A stretch of DNA of 64,000 nucleotides from Chitinophagaceae bacterium (lineage in GTDB: Bacteria; Bacteroidota; Bacteroidia; Chitinophagales; Chitinophagaceae): positions 1,234 through 65,233 of the forward strand of contig JAICXX010000013.1 in assembly GCA_025934485.1 (NCBI GenBank). The letters run 5' to 3'. This document shows positions 9,286-17,917 of this stretch, in pieces. Below the pieces are notes generated by a model. The model ran no database searches. It had not been told where the DNA came from and saw only the letters and a program-made list of their open reading frames with translations. The position numbers were made by a program, and so were the translations under genes. The first letter of the stretch is position 1, and every line of letters starts with the position of its first letter.

Positions 9286-12200
9286 TTAGAAGGTGATCTG
9301 TGCCCCCAGTACATAGGTTCTGGGCGTGGGATAGGTGCCCTGGTAAATGCCGTTGATCTGACCGCTGCTGTTCACCGGCGGTTCCGGCGAATAGCCGCTA
9401 AAGCGGGTGACATAAAAGAGATTGTCGGCACTGACGTAGACGCGGAACTGGCTAAGCGATCTGGTGCGCGCCAGGAGGCTCGCCGGCAGATTGTACGACA
9501 ACGTGATCTCCCTGCAGGCGAGATAGTTACCCTTCTCATAAAAATGCGAGTTGTTGCTATTCAACACGGCATTGGCATTGTTGCTGCGGGTGTAGTTGTC
9601 CTTATAGAGCTGGTCGGCATAATACACTTTGGGGACATCTGTTACCTCATTCGTAGGGGACCAGGCCTTCTTTTGCCGCTCGATGAAATTGAATGTCCCC
9701 TGGTACTGGCCCAGCGTCCGGGCGACGAGATCGTTGTAGATCGTATGCCCGAGCGCGTAATCGAAACGGGAATAGAGTGAGAGGTTTTTGTACCCGAACG
9801 TCGTGGAGAAACCGCCTGTATATTTTGGATAGATATTGCCGATATACACCTGGTCGCGGGTGTCGATGGTGTCGTTGCCCTTGAGGTCTTTCCAGTTGAC
9901 ATCGCCGGGCGTGATATGTCCGCGCGAACCCGGTGCAAGATTGGGTCCCGTGATACCGGCCACGAGGTCCACGCGGTCGCCCGCGATCTTCTGCACGTCG
10001 CCGGCGTCTTTGAAGATCGAGACCTGCTTGTAGGCATAGACATTGCCAAGCGCCTGACCTTCCTGGATGCCGCCGACCCAGATCTCGTTGCCCGTTTTCT
10101 CGTCCCATACCTGAATCCCTCCCTGCCTGTTATGGGCGTTACCATTGAACGGCAGCTTGAGTACCTTGTTCTCATTGAAGCTTAGGTTAGCGCTCATATC
10201 CCAGCTGAATCCGTTATGAAGCCGGAGGATATTGGCGTTGACGGTGAGCTCGTAGCCTTTGTTTTGCAGCGTGGATAGGTTGGTGGTTACGGAGTTGAAA
10301 CCGACATAGCTCGGCAACGTGAGGTTGGTAAGGAGGTTGGTGGTCTTGCGGATATAGACATCGCCCATCACCGTGATGCGGTTGTTGAGAAAACCCAGGT
10401 CCGCGCCATAGTCCAGCGTGGCGCTTTGTTCCCATTTGAGACCGCTGTTGACGGGTACGGTATTGAGATAGCCACCGGCGCCGTCGTAGTTCGTCTGCGC
10501 GCCGAATACGCCCTGTACCTGGTATTGCGAGATCGTGCTCAGCGAAGCGTTGCCGTTGACACCGTAGCTGATGCGCGGTTTGATGGTGGACACGTAATTC
10601 GACAACTTGCTGTTCTGATAGAATTTTTCGTTGTGGACGTTCCAGCCGGCGGACATGCCGGGGAAAAAGCCCCAGCGTTTTGCTGCCGCCAGATTGGAGA
10701 CGCCGTCCTCGCGGCCCACTAGCGTGAGCAGATAGCGTTCGTCGTAGTCATACGTCAGCCGGCCAAAACCCGAAACGATGGCGTATTGGGCGGCAGTGCT
10801 GTAGTTATTGCCGGCGGCAAACGTCGTGGATGCGTTAGCGGTGGAGATAAAGTCGGTGGGGGCATTCGTACCATAGACCTGCATGGCCTGGTTCTTTTGG
10901 CCGAAGTATTCGGAGCCGAGCATAACACTTAAGTGATGTTTGTCGGCGATGGTTTTGGTATAGTTCAGGATGCCGTTGTACTGTTGCTGAAAGGTGCTGG
11001 CGTTGTAGTCGATGCTGGGCCGGGTCGTCGTGAAGGTCGGTGGATTGGAGAATAGTTGCGCATAGCTCTGCGTAGCCTGCTGGAACGACTGCTGGACATT
11101 TTGGTTGTAGTAAGCCATGCCCGTGAGCCGGAGGTAAAGGCCGGGGATGATATCGTATTTGACCGAGCCGTTCACCGAGATCTGGTTCACGACATTGCGG
11201 CGGCTGATCTTGCTGAGGTCATACAGGGGGTTACCATCCGAGTTGGAGTTACCGGGATTAGGAAGGGTGCGGGCGGAGTCGAGCCACGGGTTAAAGGTTG
11301 GCCATAGGGCAAGCGTGCGGTAGATGGTGTTGATCTCGTTCGTCGTGGCTTCGCCGCCTACGGGGCTGCCGGTCGTAGGAACGCCCAGTTCATTCGAAGT
11401 CGAGATTGTGGCGCCGGACGAAACTTCCAGATTCGGCCTGATCTTGTAGGAACCATTCATTGTGCCATTGAACCGTTGGTAGCTCGAGCCTACGATTACC
11501 CCATCCTGCTTGAAGTAATCGAAGCTGGAGAAGAAACGGCCCTTGTCATTCCCGGCGACGACGTCGATATAATGTTCCTGGGTATGGGTGTTCCGAAAGA
11601 GGGCGTTGGCTACTTCGCCGCCGTGATCTTTAAAGATGATGGTGCTGCCGCCCATGGGGTCGCTCACGGTGTCCCAGCCCTGGGAAAGCAAGTTTTGATT
11701 GCCATTGAGCGTGCGGATATCGAAGGAGGCAAGGTCTGCGGCGTCGGCAAGCAGGCCATAGCCGCGCGCGGCGTTGACCTGGGCGAGTGTACGGCCGGAG
11801 TTGAGGTTGCCCAGCCGATTATAATAGATATAGTCGTGGGCATTCATATACTTGTAGCCCTGGCGTTGGGTATTATAGCCGCCGGTAAATTTATAGGAGA
11901 TCTGGGCCTTGCCGGCTTTACCCTGTTTTGTCGTCACGAGGATGACGCCATTGTTGGCCCGGGCGCCATAGATCGCGGTGGAAGCCGCGTCACGCAGCAG
12001 TTCGATCGAGGCGATATCGCCGGCGGCAATGTCGTTAAGCGAGGGCCGGACGATGCCGTCAACCACGACCAGCGGTGGGGCGGGGGCGTTGATCGACGCG
12101 CCGCCGCGCAGAAAGATGGAAGGAGTCGCCCCCGGGGTGCCGCTGGCATTGACCACCTGTAAGCCGGCGACGGAGCCTTGAAGCGAGGTGGCGACGTTGG

Positions 12201-12609
12201 CGATCGGCGTGGTCCGGAGAACGGAGGTGTCCAGTTTTCCTATCGAGCTGGTAATGTTACGCCGTACCTGGGTTCCATAACCGACGACAATGACTTCATC
12301 CATTTTCTTGGAGCCGGGTTGCAATGTTATTTGGACGAGGGCGGTTTGGCCGACGCGAACTTCGGCGGGCTCATAGCCCACGGAGCTAAAGAGCAGCACC
12401 TGGCCGGGAGCCGCGTCGATGGCGAAGCTGCCGTCGGCTTTTGTCTGGGTGCCGGCGGCCTTGCCTTTCACGGTGATGCTCACATTTTGGAGGGGTTTGT
12501 TGTCTTCGCCCGTGACCTGCCCGGTGATCGTTTTGGTTTGGCTCCAGGCAGGAAGGGCGTAGCCGGCTGCCAGGATTAGCAGGGCGATTTTGGTAAGAAG
12601 CGTTTTCAT
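9286..12609 (-). CDS. SusC/RagA-type TonB-dependent outer-membrane transporter
   Basis: 1107 aa with a signal peptide and a carboxypeptidase-regulatory-like domain (ITGQVTGEDNKPLQNVSITVKG). The plug is marked by DEVIVVGYGTQ and ILVTTKQGK, and the barrel ends in F (LGAQITF). Confidence 0.95.
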   Translation of the reverse strand: MKTLLTKIALLILAAGYALPAWSQTKTITGQVTGEDNKPLQNVSITVKGKAAGTQTKADGSFAIDAAPGQVLLFSSVGYEPAEVRVGQTALVQITLQPGSKKMDEVIVVGYGTQVRRNITSSIGKLDTSVLRTTPIANVATSLQGSVAGLQVVNASGTPGATPSIFLRGGASINAPAPPLVVVDGIVRPSLNDIAAGDIASIELLRDAASTAIYGARANNGVILVTTKQGKAGKAQISYKFTGGYNTQRQGYKYMNAHDYIYYNRLGNLNSGRTLAQVNAARGYGLLADAADLASFDIRTLNGNQNLLSQGWDTVSDPMGGSTIIFKDHGGEVANALFRNTHTQEHYIDVVAGNDKGRFFSSFDYFKQDGVIVGSSYQRFNGTMNGSYKIRPNLEVSSGATISTSNELGVPTTGSPVGGEATTNEINTIYRTLALWPTFNPWLDSARTLPNPGNSNSDGNPLYDLSKISRRNVVNQISVNGSVKYDIIPGLYLRLTGMAYYNQNVQQSFQQATQSYAQLFSNPPTFTTTRPSIDYNASTFQQQYNGILNYTKTIADKHHLSVMLGSEYFGQKNQAMQVYGTNAPTDFISTANASTTFAAGNNYSTAAQYAIVSGFGRLTYDYDERYLLTLVGREDGVSNLAAAKRWGFFPGMSAGWNVHNEKFYQNSKLSNYVSTIKPRISYGVNGNASLSTISQYQVQGVFGAQTNYDGAGGYLNTVPVNSGLKWEQSATLDYGADLGFLNNRITVMGDVYIRKTTNLLTNLTLPSYVGFNSVTTNLSTLQNKGYELTVNANILRLHNGFSWDMSANLSFNENKVLKLPFNGNAHNRQGGIQVWDEKTGNEIWVGGIQEGQALGNVYAYKQVSIFKDAGDVQKIAGDRVDLVAGITGPNLAPGSRGHITPGDVNWKDLKGNDTIDTRDQVYIGNIYPKYTGGFSTTFGYKNLSLYSRFDYALGHTIYNDLVARTLGQYQGTFNFIERQKKAWSPTNEVTDVPKVYYADQLYKDNYTRSNNANAVLNSNNSHFYEKGNYLACREITLSYNLPASLLARTRSLSQFRVYVSADNLFYVTRFSGYSPEPPVNSSGQINGIYQGTYPTPRTYVLGAQITF

Positions 12610-12646
12610 GCAGTTGAGTTTAATAACATTTTCTATGGCAAAAAAT

Positions 12647-12663
12647 ATTATGTATTACATAAT
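12647..12663. promoter_or_regulatory. 17-bp palindrome ATTATGTATTACATAAT, candidate GntR-family operator
   Basis: 8-bp perfect inverted arms around a single central T. The core is GT-N3-AC, the generic GntR operator pattern. It lies 38 nt upstream of the susC start, in the divergent susC/gntR intergenic region. Confidence 0.45.
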
Positions 12664-12771
12664 AAAATTAGTGATTTTCGCACGATTTCACCAAATTATT
12701 TTTTAATTGAATGATTATCAATGATTGGGAGATGTTCTATTTTTGGCCTATCTTTACTGCTATATACAAAT

Positions 12772-12782
12772 AAGTAATACAT
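12772..12782. promoter_or_regulatory. second operator-like box AAGTAATACAT
   Basis: 10 of 11 positions match the reverse complement (ATGTAATACAT) of the core of the 12647-12663 palindrome. It ends 5 nt before the GntR start codon. Confidence 0.4.
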
Positions 12783-12786
12783 AATT

Positions 12787-13497
12787 ATGGAACCTTCGCC
12801 AATTTCCACCAGCTTATCCGCCATCGATACCCGTTCTCTTGTTGACAAGGTGGAAGCGAATCTTGTAGGGCTGTTGAAGCAGCGAAAGCTCAAGGTTGGG
12901 GATAGCATTCCCAAGGAGATCGAGTTGGCGGAGACGTTGGGAGTGAGCAGGACGGTGATCCGGGAGGCGTTGTTGCGCTTGCGGACCATGGGATTGATCG
13001 AGTCGAAGAAAAAAAAGGGCGCCGTGATCACGAGTCCCGATGTGTTTGGGATCATGAGTAAGAGCATCAATCCGTATGTGTTGGATCAGGGAACGTTGAA
13101 GGAGATGTTCGAGCTGCGGCTGGTGCTCGAGATCGGGATGGCGGACCTGCTATATCACCGGATCACTAAAAAGGATATCGAGGAGTTGTATGCGATCGTC
13201 GCCGGCGAGCCGCCGGTGACGCAGTATCATGTATTCAATATAGAACATGAGATCCGGTTTCATAGCAAGCTATATGAGATCACAGGTAACGAAACGATGA
13301 AGAAGTTTCAAAAGATGTTGTTGCCGATCTTCGATTATGTACATAATAGCGGGTTGTTGAAGAAACAATCCCTGCTGAAGACCTTTGTTTCGCATAAACA
13401 GCTGGTCGATCTATTGGAGAACGGGACGCCGGAAGCCTTTCGGGTGGGGATGCGAAGTCACCTGGAGAATCATTTCGCACGCATCTTTGATCAATGA
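12787..13497 (+). CDS. GntR/FadR-family transcriptional regulator (candidate NanR)
   Basis: N-terminal wHTH (DSIPKEIELAETLGVSRTVIREALLRLRTMGLIES) plus an all-helical FCD-like C-terminal domain. It is divergent from the nan operon. Confidence 0.9.
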   Translation: MEPSPISTSLSAIDTRSLVDKVEANLVGLLKQRKLKVGDSIPKEIELAETLGVSRTVIREALLRLRTMGLIESKKKKGAVITSPDVFGIMSKSINPYVLDQGTLKEMFELRLVLEIGMADLLYHRITKKDIEELYAIVAGEPPVTQYHVFNIEHEIRFHSKLYEITGNETMKKFQKMLLPIFDYVHNSGLLKKQSLLKTFVSHKQLVDLLENGTPEAFRVGMRSHLENHFARIFDQ

Positions 13498-13725
13498 AGC
13501 GGCGACTGTTCCTTCGTCCGGGACCGTGGCCAGGATCGGGCAGGCAGACTTGTGGGAATAATTGACCGAATTGGCCGGCGGCCGCGGCTGGCGGTAGCTT
13601 GTAATGGCGTGTCGTCATGGAAATAGGAAATTTTCGTCATCACGTAGTTATTTGGGTGATCTTTGTCACTTTTCAAAGTCAAAAATATCACCATAATCTC
13701 CTTGCTATTTGTTTAGCTTTGCCGC

Positions 13726-13942
13726 ATGAAGAACTCCAAAATAGGTGTCCCGTTAACGGCGCGGAGTCTCCAGGAATTGAAAGATCTAGGGTTTTGTTTT
13801 GTACTGATCAAGGCCTATGCCGTGGACCGGCGTGCCGACGGCTGAACAAGAAATTTATGAACCCATCGACAGTAAGATATTGCTCGATTGGGCCAGTTCT
13901 GGGGACAGTGGAGTCGTGGCATTTATTCAAAAAGAGGGGTAG
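13726..13942 (+). pseudogene. frameshifted/deleted paralog of the 94-aa gene at 14312-14596
   Basis: Two frames align to the intact copy. The first is 13726-13845 (MKNSKIGVPLTARSLQELKDLGFCFV...) and the second is 13817-13942 (...EQEIYEPIDSKILLDWASSGDSGVVAFIQKEG). The matching parts of the intact copy are AVPLTLHTLKELKSQGFQYV and EQKGIYEPIDSQILKEWASFPDEGIKVFVAKG. The 17-nt string tatgaacccatcgacag is identical in both copies. Confidence 0.5.
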
Positions 13943-13995
13943 TCCAATGTGCGCTGAAAAGCAAAAGGGCAAGCCCCAATAACCATTCAAAAGAT

Positions 13996-14322
13996 ATGTC
14001 CCTTACCATCACTGAATATCGTTGTAAATTGATCAACCTGATTTTGTGTGCCCGGTGCGAGGAGGATGTTAAAAGGTTTATCAATGCGTCGATCAAAGGT
14101 CTGAAGCAATGCAAACTGAACGGGCATTTGATCCTCCGATTCGTGGAGAAGACGGCCCAGGACCTGGATGCCTTCCTTCCCGGTAACAGGGATGGTCAGC
14201 AATGGAGCAATATTCGATCGGCGAGAATGCAACTTGTCCAGCTGAAGGACGCTATGCAAGGCCCGGTTCAAGCCGGGAAAGTCGGAGAACCTGCCATGGC
14301 AAAAAGACCCGATGAAGAGTGA
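13996..14322 (+). CDS. hypothetical protein (108 aa, predicted helical)
   Basis: The ORF starts at internal ATG 13996 (MSLTITEYRCKLINL...) and overlaps the next ORF by 11 nt. I recognise no domain. An antisense 147-aa ORF competes for this span. Confidence 0.4.
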   Translation: MSLTITEYRCKLINLILCARCEEDVKRFINASIKGLKQCKLNGHLILRFVEKTAQDLDAFLPGNRDGQQWSNIRSARMQLVQLKDAMQGPVQAGKVGEPAMAKRPDEE

Positions 14323-14596
14323 AGAAAAAGATAATGGTGATGCGGCTGTTCCCCTGACGCTGCACACCCTCAAAGAGTTGAAAAGCCAGGGTTTCCAATA
14401 TGTGCAGGTGAACGGCTTTTCACACGGCAAATGCCTGGATTATATGGAGCCCAGCTACTTCTTACTGTCCCCTTTAAAGCAGCTATCGGAGGGCAGGGAG
14501 CAAAAGGGCATCTATGAACCCATCGACAGCCAGATCCTGAAAGAATGGGCAAGCTTTCCGGACGAAGGCATCAAAGTTTTTGTCGCAAAAGGATAG
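14312..14596 (+). CDS. hypothetical protein (94 aa)
   Basis: It overlaps the preceding ORF and has a decayed paralog 0.4 kb upstream, which argues that it is a real gene family. Confidence 0.5.
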   Translation: MKSEEKDNGDAAVPLTLHTLKELKSQGFQYVQVNGFSHGKCLDYMEPSYFLLSPLKQLSEGREQKGIYEPIDSQILKEWASFPDEGIKVFVAKG

Positions 14597-14604
14597 CCGG
14601 CTGC

Positions 14605-14637
14605 CCTCATTTCCTTTTCCCGATCAGCTCCAGCACC
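14605..14637. repeat. 33-bp direct repeat, copy 1 (CCTCATTTCCTTTTCCCGATCAGCTCCAGCACC)
   Basis: 32 of 33 positions are identical to 15963-15995. On the minus strand it would read ...VLELIGKRK-stop. Confidence 0.8.
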
Positions 14638-14913
14638 GATTTAACATGATTCGGAAAGAGTGACAACTCCAAGTGAGTTGTTGAAAATCAATGTTCAATA
14701 AAAACACTCACCGTTCGTCGTGGCCTTGGTCAGGAGGGTGTCGCGGGGGCGCTGGAGCCCATAGGTATAGGTGCTGGCGCCTTTAAAGGAATTGCTCCTG
14801 CCGGAAGTAGCAGTAGGCATGAATTTGGAAAGGGGCGCATCTTTGGCGGCTTGTAATGCCTTCCAAATGTTTTCTAAATGTGGGTGTAGATTGTAGCATT
14901 AAAATGCTTCATT

Positions 14914-15774
14914 ATGAAAAAGCTATCATTGTTTTTGATTGGCGTAACACTGATGTTGTGTTGTAGCGCGCAGGTGGATTCTGCGGGGCTGGATAAAGTT
15001 TTTGACCGGAAGGGGACGGTCACGGGGAATGTATACCGGGTGACGTTTCCGCGATCGGACCTGAAGATCAGTGTGGGCGACTTTTCCGTCGCGCCGGGGC
15101 TGGCGCTGACGTCGTGGGTGGCCCTCCACGGGATGGGATCGGAGTCGATGATGATGGGAGATTTGTGTATGCTGGACTCGGAGGAGCCGGCCGTCGTGGC
15201 GAAGCTGGTGGAAGTGGGGCTGGGGGTGACGGCTATTCACAATCATTTGGTCGGGGAGAAGCCCGCGATCAAGTTCCTGCACTTTTCCGGGAGTGGGGAT
15301 GCCGTGACATTAGCCGGGAAGATCAAACAAGTCTTTGCTGTAACGGGGACGCCATTGGGAGCGCGGGGTGCTCCAGTCGCTATGGCTGCGCCGGACTGGT
15401 CGGCGGTGGAGGCGGTGTTGGGGTCAAAGGGGAAGAAAAGCGGGAATGTATTGTCTTATGGGTTTCCGCGCAACGAGAAGCTGATGGAGAGCGGGATGGA
15501 AATGCCGGCGCCGATGGGGATGGCGACGGGTATCAATTTGCAGATGGCTGGCAGCAAGGTCGGAACCACGGGGGATTTTGTATTGCTGGCGGATGAGGTG
15601 AACAAGGTGGTCAAGGCTTTGGAATCGCATGGGATAACGGTGACAGCCATACACAACCACATGCTGTTTGATGAGCCGCGATTGTTCATGCTGCATTTTT
15701 GGGGAGTGGGTGAGCCAGGGAAGATCGCGGAGGGACTGAAGGCGGCGCTGGACCAGACGAATTCAAAGAAATGA
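14914..15774 (+). CDS. DUF1259-like secreted protein (LpqO/LppY-type, internal duplication)
   Basis: Signal peptide MKKLSLFLIGVTLMLCCSAQ. There are two repeated halves, each ending in the motif TAIHNH (GVTAIHNHL and ITVTAIHNHML). The family assignment is from memory. Confidence 0.65.
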   Translation: MKKLSLFLIGVTLMLCCSAQVDSAGLDKVFDRKGTVTGNVYRVTFPRSDLKISVGDFSVAPGLALTSWVALHGMGSESMMMGDLCMLDSEEPAVVAKLVEVGLGVTAIHNHLVGEKPAIKFLHFSGSGDAVTLAGKIKQVFAVTGTPLGARGAPVAMAAPDWSAVEAVLGSKGKKSGNVLSYGFPRNEKLMESGMEMPAPMGMATGINLQMAGSKVGTTGDFVLLADEVNKVVKALESHGITVTAIHNHMLFDEPRLFMLHFWGVGEPGKIAEGLKAALDQTNSKK

Positions 15775-15962
15775 AAGTTATGATAACAATATGTTGGATG
15801 TTGTTACTGGCTTGCCAGGGCGCGCCGGATACACCGCATTTGGAGCAGCCACCATTGCGGAGTCCGCCGTTCGGTATGCCCGGGAAAGTAAGTTGATCTC
15901 GCAGAAGGAGGCTACAATGATCGGAAACGACGTGGAGGCTTATTTTGCGGGGGGAAATCCAT

Positions 15963-15995
15963 CCTCATTTCCTTTTCCTGATCAGCTCCAGCACC
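15963..15995. repeat. 33-bp direct repeat, copy 2 (CCTCATTTCCTTTTCCTGATCAGCTCCAGCACC)
   Basis: See copy 1. On the minus strand it reads ...GVLELIRKRK-stop. The flanking sequence is not shared between the two copies. Confidence 0.8.
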
Positions 15996-16071
15996 CCATT
16001 GATGAAGGTCAGCGGATGTACGGGATTTACAGTCAGACCACCAGCCTCATCTTCCAGATCGCGCCCAGCAA

Positions 16072-16449
16072 ATGATGAGTGTTTATTTTTCGGAATCCGA
16101 GGCTGCGGACTTGCTTTCCGAATTTAAACCGAGAAAGGAGGAATATGGAACTCTCGGTTTATATGATAACTTGCTTAAACTGATTCCCGAGGATCAGTGC
16201 AAGGGGGAAACATTCCTGGGATTTGATATTATCGGGGTCGAATCCGGCGGAGATTTTCATAGTTTTTGGTGTCACGATATGGCGAAGGATTTGAGTGAAC
16301 GGTTTCATCTGACGCTAAATCGCCCTGGGCTCTTTGATGATATACCAGATTGGAAGGCCGTTACAGACTACATGAATGCTGAGGAAACCGGATGCGAGCC
16401 CGTGCCCTGGTTTGTGTGCAAAGTTAAACGAGTGAGCCAGGAAAGCTAA
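16072..16449 (+). CDS. hypothetical protein (125 aa)
   Basis: Clean ORF with plausible composition (…GFDIIGVESGGDFHSFWCHDMAKDL…). I recognise no family. Confidence 0.5.
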   Translation: MMSVYFSESEAADLLSEFKPRKEEYGTLGLYDNLLKLIPEDQCKGETFLGFDIIGVESGGDFHSFWCHDMAKDLSERFHLTLNRPGLFDDIPDWKAVTDYMNAEETGCEPVPWFVCKVKRVSQES

Positions 16450-16511
16450 CTTCAGGATAGTCTTGACCTTGGAATTCTAACTGATTTATAGAAATAAATA
16501 TTCCCGGAAGT

Positions 16512-17045
16512 ATGAAAAATGGGTTGTCACTTAGAAGATATTCTCCATTGTTATTGTTGATATTTTCAACTGTAGCTGTTTTCGGCCAATCTTCCAACAA
16601 ATATGACATTGATTCTGTAAGAATTTATTTTAACCGGAATTTAGACAAGTTTCTTTCCGACATCAATCACGATAAGTTTCAAGTTTACGACAGCAAAAAG
16701 GCTATCCCTACCTTTATTGAGGAAGAGTTGAATTATCTCACCGGGGGCTTTTCGTTGGCCAATCCGAAAGAGGAATTTCAATGCTGATGTACATCCCCTC
16801 AGACCCTTCCACGACGCAAATTAGAGTTCCTTGCAATGAGCAGAGATGTATTTGTAATGACCTATTTGACTGGCGGAATTGGCGAGGAGGAACATATTAT
16901 TTTGATCAAATTCGAACATAATAAAGTCGTCGACATTTGGTGTGGAGTAGGGCTTGACAGATTGAACTCGCTTAGAAAAGTCGCTAAGTATCTTTCGCAA
17001 AGGAGAAAAAATCCTCAGGAGTTGCATCCAAATCTGGGGTTATAA
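16512..17045 (+). pseudogene. secreted hypothetical protein interrupted by one in-frame TGA (16785-16787)
   Basis: ORFs 16512-16787 and 16836-17045 are in the same frame, and the 16 codons between them are open. The context is TGC TGA TGT (C-stop-C). The N-terminus is signal-peptide-like (LLLLIFSTVAVFGQ). Confidence 0.55.
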
Positions 17046-17220
17046 AGCCCCGGTAACAAAAAACTGCCAGCTCTACTAGATGTTTTTTTATCGGATCGGA
17101 GGAATGGATGAGACAAATTGAGACGATTCAAGGACGTTTGATTTCCAAGGTATAATGGTCTTGTTTTCATGTATTTGCAAAATCCTGGATTTCATTGTAA
17201 ATTTGAGTAAATCGAATGTT

Positions 17221-17451
17221 ATGGATAGAATTGTTTTGGAGGTGGATGACAGTACAGGAAAGATTTACCGGAATTTTTCGCCGGAAAGCAAACAGCAGTT
17301 TAATCAGGTGGTGAGCTTGATGCTAAAAAAAGCCATCAATGATAAATCATTGCCCGACTATAAGAAGAGTCTTGACGATATTGGATTTAAGGCAGTGGCT
17401 GCCGGTCTAACCCCGGAGATTCTGGAAGAATTGCTGAAATCGAATGACTAA
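17221..17451 (+). CDS. putative antitoxin (76 aa)
   Basis: Small acidic ORF starting at ATG 17221. It overlaps the PIN gene by 8 nt (ATGACTAA), the classic type II TA arrangement. Confidence 0.6.
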   Translation: MDRIVLEVDDSTGKIYRNFSPESKQQFNQVVSLMLKKAINDKSLPDYKKSLDDIGFKAVAAGLTPEILEELLKSND

Positions 17452-17866
17452 GGTTTTTGTATTCGATACCAACAGTTTGGTAAGCGCCCATCTTTTGCCG
17501 TCTTCGACCGCGCGGAAAGCTTTTGATCTGGCCTTGGTCAATGGCATTCTCGTTCATTCCAAAGAGACATTTACCGAATTTTCGGAGGTATTTACAAGAC
17601 CAAAATTTGACAAATATATTTCGCTGGATGAGCGGCTGGCTGCTATTAGCCAAATGGAATTGATGTCCCAGTTGATTGATGTAAATGTTCCTGTAATTGC
17701 CTGCCGTGACCCTAAAGACGATAAGTTTTTGGCTTTGGCCCTGGCCATTGACGCAGACTGCATAATAACCGGCGATGAAGATTTGCTGGTCTTGCATCCG
17801 TTCCGGAACATTCCAATTTTATCTCCGGGTAACTTCTTGGCTGGCTTCCAAGGCAGCCAGCCTTAG
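17444..17866 (+). CDS. PIN-domain toxin (TIGR00305-like)
   Basis: VFVFDTNSLV, CRDPKDDKFLALA and IITGDEDLL supply the conserved acidic residues of PIN nucleases. Confidence 0.8.
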   Translation: MTKVFVFDTNSLVSAHLLPSSTARKAFDLALVNGILVHSKETFTEFSEVFTRPKFDKYISLDERLAAISQMELMSQLIDVNVPVIACRDPKDDKFLALALAIDADCIITGDEDLLVLHPFRNIPILSPGNFLAGFQGSQP

Positions 17867-17917
17867 TAGGGTACCGGTCTAGCCTAGAGGCTTTGACAGC
17901 ACTCATTCATTGCAATT

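Noticed and set aside
13987-14430. 147-aa minus-strand ORF antisense to the 108-aa gene
   Set aside because: Its Ser/Phe/Pro/Leu-rich composition is less protein-like than the plus-strand helical ORF. The plus-strand ORF is also coupled to the 94-aa gene that has a paralog. Confidence in either strand remains modest.
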